From contig JAYWIR010000002.1 of the NCBI GenBank assembly GCA_036172245.1, positions 186,001 to 250,000 on the forward strand: a stretch of 64,000 bases of DNA, read 5' to 3'. The notes beneath the pieces were generated by a model. It did no database searches and was not told where the DNA came from. It saw only the letters and a list, made by a program, of their open reading frames with translations. A program made the translations under genes and the position numbers. This document shows, piece by piece, positions 50,901 to 63,000 of this stretch (positions within the stretch are counted from its first letter, which is position 1; each line of letters opens with the position of its first letter). Source of the DNA: Raillietiella orientalis (lineage: Eukaryota).

Positions 50901-53900
50901 TTTTTCGTGCTTATCAAACACGCACTGTCCGTAATCTTGAGGATGACATTGAAGTTTTCGGGAAGAAACAAATCAACACCCGAAGACAAGAATTGTTCTT
51001 TCGTGTAAGACATTTCTAGTGTGCATGCTCCATTCAGCCAAAAGATATTATTCGTAATGCTCGCGTGGAATCCCTTCAGCTTCTCCGAAGGCGGATGAGG
51101 AATGGAAACACAGATAATTCTGGAGAACGGAACCATAGTCTAGTGACACTGATGTGTCTTGGTGTTGGGTCGTTTCACTAATGGATTTGAAGCTGTTCGA
51201 CTAAGAGATGGAGCTGAAACATAATGATCGACACCCACCCCATACGCGTCTTTTCAGAGCTTTTTACTCTGTCCAAAATGAACCTCTTCGAAACGAAAAT
51301 TTTTCTTGTTTGTCAGGAGATGAGTCATCAGAAAATACAGTACCACTTTTTTCAGCGCTTCCTTGCCCATGGGTCCGACCTCAAAATAGGATAGAAAAAT
51401 AAGATGACATGATGTAAATGTGACAGTGCGATAATAAATCATTTGGAAATAGGATAATCACACGAAAGTATTATTCTCCTTAGGTTAAGTTTAAACATTA
51501 CATAGAGACTTGATTTTTCTTTATCCGTCTGTAAGCTATCACTGCATCTGAAATTCGCATTTTCTGCAGCGATCTTCCAGCGAGGATATGCAATTCGCGT
51601 ATGGAAAATGAAATTTTCAACATATGCCGAGCTGCCGGAGTCTCAAAGTCTCTTCTTGCACTTATTCTTGATGGACGCCACAAAGGAATCACAGGAGAAC
51701 TGAAGAAACGTGTGAGGACAATAGGTTTAGCATCGCTTAAAAGGACAACGTGTAGAATCAGTTCCAGTCCTCTGAAGTCTCGAATTAGTTCTCAGCGTGA
51801 ATTGGCTGAAACAAACCAAATAACAGTTTGCTTTGCCTTGAATGTGCTTCAGCAGGACACGCATCGCAGCCACTCTCAGAGAATCATTTGTTCGGTACAT
51901 TGGGAAGCCTCTGAAGAGTACCCATGAATACCTTCATTTGGAGGACTGATGGATTGAATCGCTTAAGCGATACAAAGCGTGCCTAGCAACAGATTTCGGT
52001 TTAACCGAAGATTAGCATTGCTGAATTACAAAAAGCAGCTTGTGAAATAAAATTAGGAAAACCCTCAGTTTCATAATTTTCCTCTTTGTATCGTCCAGTT
52101 ACTCGCGATCAGCACGAACTCCTGAAGACATCAATGTTACTTGCACACGGCGAAAATCAGTGTTTATTTTTTTTTAAAGAAAATTTGTTTGAGGTGTTAG
52201 ATTTTCCTGCTGAAATGAGAACTTTCAAGCAATAAAGAGAAAGAGGATATACTTTCAAGACCCTATTGAAAAGCACGCATCAATAATAAAGCCCTGAAGT
52301 TTTCATTTTAATCCAATCCTTCCAATGAAACAGCAATTCACCAGGGCGACAGAGCGGACAAAGCAGCATTCGATTTCATATCGTTCAGGACCAAAAAAAG
52401 TTCAGTTCTTTCCTTTTTTTACTGTCTGAGTCCTTTTTATCCATTTGTTCGACTTGTTTCCTTTGGTTGTTGATACTTCCTGTAAATAATTCTTTATGGT
52501 GAATAGAAAAAAGTTTCCTTCAGTGTGAATACATGAATGTCTTCAAACATTTCTTGCATCTTGAGACAATCACTCTGTTCTGGAAACGAATGGAAATTGA
52601 ATCCTTTGTAAATTTTCCGAGTTTTGTTCAAAAGGGTGGATGCAAGAAACTTCCCCACTGTGGTGTTCATCCCATAAGCATTCGTTCCATGCTTAGTTGT
52701 CAATAAATAATAAATTAACAGTTGCACTGGAACACATCATGTGGTGCAATCCAATAAATTATAGCAATTCATTTGGATGAATTGTGATAATTTATAGAAT
52801 TCAAATTCATGTTAAGGTACGCTTAAGGTTCTTCTTGGATGGAAGAACAAACGTTCAAAGTTTTTTTTCAAAACGCGAGCATCGCATACATGTTCTTTAA
52901 CCCAACCAGATTTTTGATTTCTGTGTTCATTTCCACATGGAAATTGATTTTTGTGGCCATAAAAATGGCCTTTATCATATATGTATTGATGAGAAACATC
53001 TGTCTTTCTGAAGAGTGATGCAGTCACAACCCTCTATTGCAAGTGCTTTGATTTCAGGCATGAACAACTTTACTCTGGATGATGCAAAAGGAAAAAAAAA
53101 TACAGAATACCTCATTTGTTTATTTTTTTTTAAAAAAATGAACTGTTTTCATCCAATGTTAATGTCGTTTTGTACGTTGGTCCACATGTACTTTGCCTTG
53201 TTAGCAGCCGCTAATTAAAGCATCCGGCTTTGAATTCCACCGGAAAAGAAACATCCTTCGAATAACGTCGATTATTTTTTTTTTTTTCTGAAATGTCTTC
53301 TAATTTCATGTTTATTTCACATAAGAAGTGCATCGACAGCAGTCGAAAGTCTGTTACTAGTAACACCAATCAATAATAGTATGGTAATATTACGTTTGTC
53401 CTAATTTCCCCTATGCTGGAAGCTTTTGTTATTTGCATTCTGTTGAATCCGTTTTAAAGGCAGATTCCAGTCAAAGGTTAGGGAAACAGAAAGATTTGAG
53501 TAATGTGATTTTCTGGTGCGTTGAAATACTTCTGTTTGTTTGGAAGATTTGCATTGCCAAAAAGATCATGGTGAGTTCCGCTATGGATTTGTAGAATTAA
53601 AATACCGAAAAGATGGATAATCCAAGGGAATACACACGCCGCTTATATTTTTTTTTTTTTTTTTCCCCCCCTCTCCCTTTCGTCTAGTCAGAATTCAGCT
53701 TCGAAATACACAAATGTAAATGGATAATGGCCCAAGTATACGTGATCAGATTCGTCTTTGGTTTCATCATTTTGAGTGCACAAAGTTTTAATTAAGAATA
53801 ATTTTGAGCAATCCCATGGCTTGTGTTTGCATCGGTACATGAATCGGTGTATTTGAAAAATAATCGTAATTAAAAAATTTTGAGACCTTGATCGGCAGTC

Positions 53901-54257
53901 TGTAAGTATTAGCTTTGATATAAATAGCAAAAAAAAAAAAATATTTCGTTTAGAATTTTAATTTGTATTTTTTAATGCTTTAAATTCTAATAATGAAAAC
54001 TGCGGAGACATATTATTTTGGTATAACATGAGGTACGAAGAATGGAAAACTCTGAGGTTTACAGAAGTTTATTGAATTTTTTTTTTTAGTATGAAAATTA
54101 TGTATCAATGGATAAGTTGAAATCAAGAGGTCCACCGTCTAGTGCTTAGATAAATGCTAATGTAACAATATTCAAGGGCAAGTTTCTCTCATAGCATTTA
54201 CATTTACACAGAAGTTTTCTCAAAACAGCTGCATGTCTGCTGCCACACAATTTAAAG

Positions 54258-54867
54258 ATGGATCAACTAGACAAGAAAGCTATAAATGGTGTTCAGAGGT
54301 AAAAAGCTAGTAGATAGGGCAGCTGAATAAAATCTGCAGGAGGGGCAAACGAACTAAAGTGGTGGAAGAAATGCATTGGGACTGTAGTGTATGCACATAC
54401 CAGAATACAGCTGAAGCTTTCAAATGTTTGATGTGTGATGTACGCAAAGGAACTTCCACTAGGTTAGCAGATGATGATATAATCTGATAACTCTAGTCAT
54501 CCAACCAGAAAACCACGACTGAACCCACAGCTTGTGGCACAACAGGCAGTGCAGCAATTCAGTTCATCCCCCATGAAAAATCGTAAGGAGAAAAATCTGG
54601 AGAAGCGAGTAGGAGAAGTAAAACAAGTGACAAATAGGTAAGTCACCTACATTATTGTACAAACCAGCATACTTGGTTTCTAGGACGCAGCAAATGCAAA
54701 ATGCTAATGGCAACATAGCTAGAAGTTTTGACATAACTGTGAATGATGTGACTGTAGTAATTACTGAATATGAGGCTGCCCCTAGTGCATCTTTAGAAGG
54801 CACATCAGAAAGCAGTAGCCAATCTGATCTCAATGGGGAATTGGAAGCCAAAGGGTCTCCCAGATGA
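54258..54867 (+). CDS. RYBP: RYBP/YAF2 (non-canonical PRC1 subunit), 158 aa; exons 54258-54298, 54340-54462, 54509-54637, 54684-54867
   Basis: RanBP2-type zinc finger [41 protein letters not shown] and C-terminal YAF2/RYBP motif [13 protein letters not shown]; introns 41, 46, 46 nt, all GT-AG and frame-consistent. Confidence 0.95.
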
Positions 54868-54891
54868 GTCAAGCTGACAATATAAGATTGT

Positions 54892-54897
54892 TTTATT
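54892..54897 (-). terminator. Polyadenylation signal AATAAA overlapping the TRMU stop codon
   Basis: Minus strand reads CAC TAA TAAAA; AATAAA shares bases with the TAA stop. Confidence 0.5.
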
Positions 54898-56275
54898 AGT
54901 GACTCCTGAGAATGATCGCTCCTCCCAGACACACATCTCCCATATACAGGACTGCTACTTGGCCAGGTGTCACAGCACGTTGAGGTCGAGAACAACTAAT
55001 TGTCAGTCCCCCATCCAGTCTCCTGGTTACAGTAGCTGCCCAAGGCTGCTGGTTTCGTTGGATACTAACATGGCAACACAGAAACCCATGTTCTAATTCA
55101 TAAGGGATCCCACTTATCCAGGAAGGGGCACAGGTATCAATGTAGCATGTAAACAACTTTGGATGCTTATCACCTTGCACCTGGCCAAGAACATAGAAGT
55201 CATAAGATTTATTGCATTTTACATACCACAAACACTTTCTGTGCCATGACATCTTTACCAATCACAAAATAGGGTCCTGATTTTCCAGAAAGACAGCATC
55301 GTTGCCCCACAGTCCATAAATGAGCTCCTTCATGTTTTCCTACAATTTGATTGCTCTCAACATCAACAAAAGGTCCAGGATTGGGAGGAATATACTATAG
55401 AAATGTAGTCGAAACATCACATTAAAAAGCCTCACTTCCTGCAAAAACTGTTTGAAATTCCTGTTGCCCACAAAGCACAGTCCCATGCTTTCTTTTTTGT
55501 GAACGACATGGTTAAGCCCTGCCTTCTTGGCAATGGAACGCACATCTTTCTTGTATAGTTCTCCCAATGGAAACAGGCAATATTTCAATGCTTCTCCTTG
55601 CACCATGCTAAGGAAATAAGTCTGATCTTTATTGCTGTCAACAGCCTTGAGTAAAAAAGTGGCTACAATAGGTGTACCTTCAAGAACTTTCATAAGCTCA
55701 CCAAATGAAGATGATGAAACTCTGCAATCCTGCACATTAGCTAGTCTTGCATAATGGCCAGTAGCAATACCATCTGCTCCTAGTTTTCCAACTGCATGCT
55801 GATAAAAAGAATGGAACTTGATGTGGCAGTTACACAGCACATCCGGGTTAGGAGTCTTTCCACTTTTATATGCTTCTATAAAGGGGCTGTCTAGATGTTG
55901 TAGAATCTTTTATAGGGCATTTCCATTGGCACCTGAATACCATTATCCAATATTCCTTAACAAAATCTATAATTTTCATTTCTATTTTCAAGGTATTTGC
56001 AACCAATTCTGCATCTCTCATATCTTGATTGGAAGTACATGTTTGTGATTCTTCCAATTGATCCCAACATTTGAGAAAAGCAGCTTTCACCTGATAGCCT
56101 ATAAAGTCAGTTGGTATGAAGTGTGATAAGCATAACACATTTGTATTCGTTTCACCATACCTTTTTCTTTTAACAAGAAAGCAGCAACAGCACTATCAAC
56201 TCCTCCTGAGAGTCCCACTATGATGTTCTTAAGAGTTTTCATGCATATCAGAAAAATTGTTAATATGCATCTCAT
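54896..56275 (-). CDS. TRMU: Mitochondrial tRNA 2-thiouridylase (MnmA/MTU1), ~381 aa; exons 56275-56161, 56098-55933, 55886-55702, 55662-55436, 55394-55227, 55180-54896 (alternative start 56242)
   Basis: PP-loop VGLSGGVDSAVAA, KTPNPDVLCN, IATGHYAR, KDQTYFL, FPLG, KKESMGLCFVG, TVGQR, RAVTPGQVAVLY, CLGGA; introns 62, 46, 39, 41, 46 nt, GT-AG, frame-consistent. Confidence 0.97.
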
Positions 56276-58427
56276 AAGATAGTGATACTATTAAATCTAA
56301 CAAACTCTGCTCAAAGAATTCTTGTGATATACTCGTTATCTGAAACGGGTAAATACTTTAAGCTTAATGAGACTGCCATGTTACATATTGAAAACATGGA
56401 AATGCGTACTCTTTCCCTTGCCCTATCAATTATACTTAAATTATGGCTCACTTGAGTACATGGAACACCGAAAAATATAATCTGCTAACATGCACGTAAC
56501 TTGAATTCATGCTGGATGATGGCATATGGTGGGGAAAATGGGTTATAATTTTTAACAAATACGACAAACTTGTGGATTGAGCCAGACCCTTATGTGTGTT
56601 GCATGAAAAAAATCATGATCCTCATTGAATAAATTCACAATTTGTTTCAAGTCAAATAGCAGAAAGCACTCTCATTCGGAGTAAATCTACAGAGACGTTC
56701 TCACAACTTTCCATTCGTTGGAAGGCATTCAATCTGTCCTGCAATCTTCATCAATCAACATTTTGCAGTCTCAAGGATTTGGATACGTGAATTCACACAT
56801 CGCAGAGTGCGTCGTATGCGATGCCTACAGCCCCCACGTAATTATAACTTCGGTTCTCACAATAGCTTTTCTCGTTCCTTGACTACAGGGCATCTCAACT
56901 TACTACCAAGATCGGTCCCAAACAAAAAACATAAGAATAAACACAATCATAAATTGTGATAGGAATCCTAGGCTTCTACGGACGCCTTTTTGTGCATCCT
57001 AATTTTTCAGTTTACCACAACCATTGAGAGTGCCACAGCAATTGGTGGGGGGAATAGCAAATACCGGGATCATTACAAGATCACTCTCGTTATGGAAGAA
57101 AAAGGGAAGATTAACGCATAACACTCGAAATACGCAAGCCCAGTGCGCATCCTCGAGCGCCTTGAACATGTGCACGACAGGGATCTCAGCACAGCGAACA
57201 CCTTTTTTTTTTTTTTTCCCATACGGGAAAAAATTCTTGGAAAACGAGCACAAAGGGACAAGCTTCCCTAATTAAGTATAACCGTGAGCACATGAAATAA
57301 AGCTGAAATCTTTCTCTGTTTCGTGTTCCCATGGGCTGCTCTTTGTCACATTTTCGTGAAGTCAAAAAATCATACCGGGTTATTAGTTTTAATAAATCAT
57401 TCGAATAGCTCTGTATGATATTAAAAAGATGATTGCTACTAGCGATTTATAAGATGTTCGGGTACTATATTCTTAGATATTTGTTGACATTTTGGCATTA
57501 TAAAAAGTCATTAAAACAAAACTTCATTAAAAAAAATTGCTCTTTAAACGTAGATGAAACATGATTGAAAATGTGTTACAAATGCATGGATCACTATAAA
57601 CTGCAAAGCTGTACACTTTAATTCCATGTTATCACAATTCCATAGTACATGTCTCAGTAAGAGGTGATCATTATCTTTTAAGTATAGTATCGTAAGAAAA
57701 AAATAAGCACACGTATTTTATTTGCAATCAAGCAACAGAGTATTCCAATACATCCACTCTGATCACAAAGAATGCGTAAACCATAGATTCTACCTGATTA
57801 CATGTTTGGGGCTTAATTTTATGTAATTATCCCGAATATCCAGTCAAGTGGGGCCATACGTTTATGGTCAGTGATTCCTTATCATGTTGTTTCAATTGGA
57901 AATAATGTACTTGGAATAATAATGTAACGTCAAAAGGTGAAAACCGGCATCAACATCAGCGGATATCTTCGTCATCGATATCTTCGTAAATGCATTCGCT
58001 TTTCAGCATCACAACATGTTCCAATTTTCTCGTGTGGAAAAAGGAAACACTACGTTTTGTTCCAGGAATCGTCTTGGAAATCGTAGCCAATTCCACATTT
58101 GTTTCGAAGACTCAACTTACACCCAAAACTTTTGTAACTGCCTGTCCTAAAGTCGTGGAGGCCAAATGAAAGTAACTTGTTCACATTTGAAATAATTTGA
58201 AGTAAAAACAGACTGTTAACTGTTTGCTTGAGCAATACACCAGATGCTCCACATTATGGTGAATTTCGCAGTATCGCAGGGTCCATGCTGCAATAGGATT
58301 ATGCCCACTCGATTGAGTATTCCGGATTGAAATGATTCAGTCTCAAAATTAAGCAAACTGAAGTGAGCTCATGGCTCTATTAAACAACTTAAGCAGAGCG
58401 TAGTGAAAATTGAAAACGTTCTCCAAG

Positions 58428-58555
58428 TGCAGCGAAAATCCCCATATATGTCCTTCCCAGTAGGCAGGTAGGTAGCCATGTTGGCACCGTTCAGAGGCTT
58501 TAAATCGGCTGTCAGCCATATTACCGACACTGCAGTTCTGCTCGCTAAATGCGTT
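58428..58555 (+). repeat. Dispersed ~130-bp element, copy 2 (just 5' of the LRAT-like ATG)
   Basis: AGGTAGCCATGTTGGCACCGTTCAGAGGCTTTAAATCGGCTGTCAGCCATATTACCGACACTGCAGTTCT matches copy 1. Confidence 0.85.
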
Positions 58556-58589
58556 ACCAGAGTTGTTTTTGCTTGCCACCGATACGAAC

Positions 58590-59484
58590 ATGCTTCGAGA
58601 GCTCATCGAGTACTTCGGAATCCAAAGTGAATGGTACTCCGTTCTCGACTTCTCTTCCGTGAGTCACCATTTCCACTTTGGTGATATTGTGGAGTTTGAC
58701 AGGAGAACGTTTTCGCACTACGGAATCATTCTCGGAACGTCCGACAAATGGCCATATAAGATACAATCCCTTTGGAACTTTGTTCCCGAAGAGTATAGAG
58801 ACAGTCGAGATTGTTTCATGCTGCATTATACCGCAGCCAGCGAGGCCTCTGGGTCCTGGAACAGCCTGTCGTACAGCCTTGGAAGCGGCTACCTGAGGTG
58901 CGTGCCCGTGCAGGCGGAGTTGCGCGGCTCCCCGATCCGAAAAAACAACTTCTACGACAAGTGGACCTCGCCGGATAGGAGCTGCCTTATCGAAAGAATA
59001 CAGTCGAGGTTGCAATGTGAAGGTCAGTCGATTGTCGCAGTGTGGTGGTCAGCTCATTGTTGCAATGTGAGCATCTGTGTGAAGTATCGATTTTCTGTCG
59101 GTTGCTCGCCGCTCTTCCTCTTTCCAAGAGCGCGCGAATCGTACGTGCGTGCAAGGCTGTCGAAAGAGTGGACGCGGCACGCGGAAGAAGTGCAGAGGAC
59201 CGTCGATTTCCCCGTTGGAGATGACATGGATGGATGAAAGCAAACTGCGATCGTGAACCGAAACGCTGTTGCACTTGTCTTTTCTCCGTTTAGTTCGAGG
59301 CGAACCCCAGTGCTACAACGTTTTATCAAACAATTGTGAGCACTTCGTGACCTCCTGCCGGTACGGCATGAATTTCAGTCTGCAGCCATTGATACTCTTA
59401 GCCAACGCCATTTGGAGGGGTGGCGAGTTTGCCGCTCTAATTCTTGGACTCACGAGAACGCTGCCACCTATCGGTCGTGGGTAA
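58590..59484 (+). CDS. LRAT/PLAAT (HRASLS)-like permuted NlpC/P60 phospholipase/acyltransferase, 207 aa; exons 58590-59022 and 59294-59484
   Basis: GDIVEFDR, FSHYGI (catalytic His), MLHY (second His), IRKNN, YNVLSNNCEHFVTSCRYG (catalytic Cys), S-x-Q, then a hydrophobic C-terminal segment; 271-nt phase-1 intron GTCAGT...TTTAG. Confidence 0.9.
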
Positions 59485-59577
59485 TGAGGATCGAGCAGTC
59501 CACACGGCCTAGTACATAGTGAGTATGCAGCCATCTCGGTAGGCGACTCGCCTCGATTGCATTTCAGACGAATCCCA

Positions 59578-59583
59578 AATAAA
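59578..59583 (+). terminator. Polyadenylation signal of the LRAT-like gene
   Basis: AATAAA ~95 nt after the stop, followed by a U/GU-rich stretch. Confidence 0.55.
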
Positions 59584-60021
59584 TCTTTTTTGGTTCAGTG
59601 GAAAAAAATCACCCGCGTCTTTGTTGCCTGACGGTTTTTTCTTCTTCACATTGTGTTCGTTTGGGCAAGATGAGTTGCAATAAAACGTATCGGTACCGAA
59701 GCTTCAAACTGCCTGTGTCTTGGGAAGTCGTTCGGCAATAGTGCAAATTTGGGTGAGTAAAAAATTTTGCAGGAACACAACGAGGACGTCTTTGGTGAAC
59801 ATGGTTGGCTTTAATCACCGTTGACTGTGGCGTTCCTCGTGCTCTGAAGAGAAAAGTCTCGTTCTATGGGAAGAGCTGCGCATCACATGAAGCAAAATAG
59901 CGAGCACAATGGGAAACCGAATCCGCCCGCTCTTGCACATTTGAAGTATTGCTAAAAAGCGCTCTGTGTTCGCGACATTCTCAGCATCTCCGCTCGTTTC
60001 CGTTTTTGTTTCTTGGTACAT

Positions 60022-60042
60022 CAACAACAACAACAACAACAA
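60022..60042. repeat. (CAA)7 microsatellite
   Basis: Read directly from the sequence. Confidence 0.9.
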
Positions 60043-63000
60043 AAAAGCAGAAAAGACCAAAGGCCTTATTTCTGCATGCATGGCTACAGGTTTCAGGGAC
60101 GAAAAACATCCATCCTAGAATGGAACGAATCCGTGTTTTTTGTACTGATCGGTGTCTCCTTCTTAACCCGTAGGAGCACAGCTCATGGCTTCGTATCTCA
60201 AAATCCTCCAGACTCAGCTGTCATTCCCATGCCGAAGTGCACATTGAGAAGAGTGTTTTTTTTTCCTTTTTTCAGCATTCCACGACCAACTTGTGAGTGC
60301 ACCCCACTTCCTTTGGCTCTCTTGATTTTCCCAGAATGCATACGTTTCTGCCACGAAATACCGTTCTCTTCAAAATAAATGTGTCATATAAGCCTGTAAA
60401 ACATCACGGAGAGCACACAAAGACATTTCCATGATCAGGTTCTACAGCGAGCATGGGTTCTCCGGACCACCGCTTCCGTGCGTATCACGAGGCAGCGTTG
60501 CTGGCGGCAAAGTCAGTTCACATGGTATCCGTGGTTTTCTCAGGATGCCTGACTTAAAAGAACACCAATGCGGAAACCATCGGGTAAAGTCCGTTTACTG
60601 AGGCGATACGTGGTGTGAACCCGAATTGGAGAAGACTTCTCCGTACTCTTCTCCCACGAAGAACGTGCCAGCCGCAACGGTGCTCTCCGCTTCGGGAGAT
60701 TCCGCAGTCACGGGAAGCTTCGGCATTCCAAAGCAGCCTCCCAGTTTTGTGATCCTGTGTACAACAAAAGCTTACGTTTCGGGAGACCCAGGGTTATCAA
60801 ACGGGTATATCACCCAACTTTGATCGTGTGCAGCCTGAGAAATTTATTCATTGGAACGTCCATCCTTATCCGAGAAGATTCTCGATTTTCTGTTCTTTCC
60901 TTCTTCTTGCTTCCCGGACGGAGCACCCCGTGGAAGGGTTTCTTGTCGTCGTGGCGATACATGTTACTCGGGGTGCGAAGAACAGTGGGTGCTGATTCGA
61001 CAGTCTTCAATCTATCCCGTGCTCGGCTGTTGCGACTCGTGGTCCGTTAGCGGTGACCGCCAAGCTCACTTGCACGTCAGATTTCTTGTACTGGACAGTA
61101 GGTTTTCCACAACGTGGACAGTGATTCGTCCACGCGTCCGCAACTGTTACCGCATCCTGTGACATCGTTTCCCAGACAAATGACTCCGTATTCAGAATGT
61201 CCTCCGGCTGGCACGTAAAACCAACGTTTCTTCCAGAGTTTCAGCAATTTGCACGTCTTCATCCGCTAGCTTCGGCGGTCATAATGTTACTCCAATTCGG
61301 TTCCCGTTGTGCATGTTGTGCATGCCATTGATGATGTTCCCGTAGCTCATTTCCAGGCTGCCGTTGTGCACGCCATGTATAAAGAATGTTGCCTCTGCGT
61401 ATTTCTATCGGCTGTGTGCTCAGTGCATCTCTTATGCGTGCAAAGTTCACTGTAGTTCCCTTCTGCATGAATTCGAGAACTCACTGCACGTTTGAATCAT
61501 TTTGCTGACCTCCATTTTGGCTCCCATTGTTCCAAGAGTCAACGCTGTGCAACCAATTCCCTCCAGCTTCACTCAGCATTTGCCATGCTTATTTATGAGT
61601 ACTGTGCGTGGTGGGTGACCGGTCTGCATTTCTTATCTGCATCCACTCTCCTGCATGCGTTAAAACTTGAATCCTGTGTGCGTTTTATGAAAGAGTAGGT
61701 GGGACAGTAACGAGTTACACGGAACCCGCATGGTTGTGGCAACTTCGTGCGATGGGGAGTGTGAATTTCGCTCTCCTTTTAATTCCGTGCGGCTTCGTGT
61801 CACAATGTCAGAAGGGTGACATCTTGTACTTCTTAGAAATATGAGTTTGGAATGCCTCGCTTTCAGCTGAAACTATGATCTCAAACCAGAGGTGCTGACG
61901 ATACGTAGACAAGAAATGGCACATGTGTGTGGGAGCAGCTGAGCAGTGGGTTTCCGGTGGTTGCAGGCACCCATACCCAACTTGAAGATCGAAGGTGCCC
62001 GTCGTGTTTTTTCGTTCTTCGGCTTGCACATCCCGGCAACCCGTTCGCTTGCTCTGGCGAACCGGCAACTTGTAGGGGACTTGAGAGCTTCACGGTCTCC
62101 CCCCCCCCCCTCCCTTCGGTGACAATGCGTCCTACACGGGTTTTCCCTGATTTTCCGCTGTTTGCATGGGAGTTTTTTATGTTGAATATGAAAAAAAAGA
62201 AAGCTGTTGAACTTCCTCCCCTGAGCAAACACTCTGTATTTGCTCAGGGGAGCTTTCTTTTTAACTGCTGCTAATTGCACGGCATCGAACAGTGAGGTTT
62301 CCGCGTGACCATGGTTCTTGAAAGGGTGGGGTCAGCTCGTGTACCTAAGCTCGCGAGTGCGACGCACGCGATCGATGTTGTTCGAGGTGTTTGCAATCGA
62401 GGATTCTGCGACAGGGAGCTTCCGTTGCCCGATGGGGGTTTCAGTTTGCATGGAAATGCGCGCATACGTCTGTTTCTGTTCCTTCAGCAAGACCGGGCGA
62501 GGTTGCACGACAGTTTCTTTACTGTTCGACCAGTACGTGTGTGTGTGCCGTCGCCCGAGGCAGGCGATTCGAGGAGCGAGGCGCTGCGGTGACGTTTTTT
62601 TTGGCTGCTTGTCTTCGGGACGATGCAACTGTCGTGTGTTTCTCTTTGTGATTGCTCCAGTTTGCGCTTGTCCCCTGCTCCCTGAAGATGGAGCCGGGGT
62701 CTTTTTTTTTGAATGAGAACAATGCGCGCGCGCAGGGGCATGGTAAGGTGAATGGGCCGCTTGGGGAAGTGGCGAAAGGCATGTTACGTCTTTCGGGGGC
62801 TTAACGTGCTGACTTCGCGGAGGGGAAGGCACAATCCACGGGCGATCTGCTGGCCGACAATCGGATTGAAGAGCGGAAGCGGAGCGGTGCTTCGGAGAAT
62901 GCGCGCGCCTCGGACATTGCGTGCGAGCCGAATTACGGCATGGGCCAGGGGCGAAAAAGTCACTTTTCTCAGTCGGAATCTTCCACCCTGCGTGCTCCTA

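Larger units (their letters stand above)
26700..53600 (+). ncRNA. Putative long spliced ORF-less transcript, right arm
   Basis: Short-intron candidates starting at 27226 and at 35034-35071, 35814-35861, 36008-36059; pyrimidine-rich acceptors at composition boundaries (36959, 37169, 39928, 47150, 47916); no recognisable protein. Confidence 0.3.

Noticed and set aside
12900..53600. Assembly indels as the cause of broken ORFs
   Set aside because: About 4 kb of conserved coding sequence in the same window has no frameshift; cannot be fully excluded without reads.
59023..59237. Extension of the 58563-59237 ORF as the true C-terminus of the LRAT-like protein
   Set aside because: It is intron read-through; the catalytic NCEHF motif is reached only by splicing 59023-59293.
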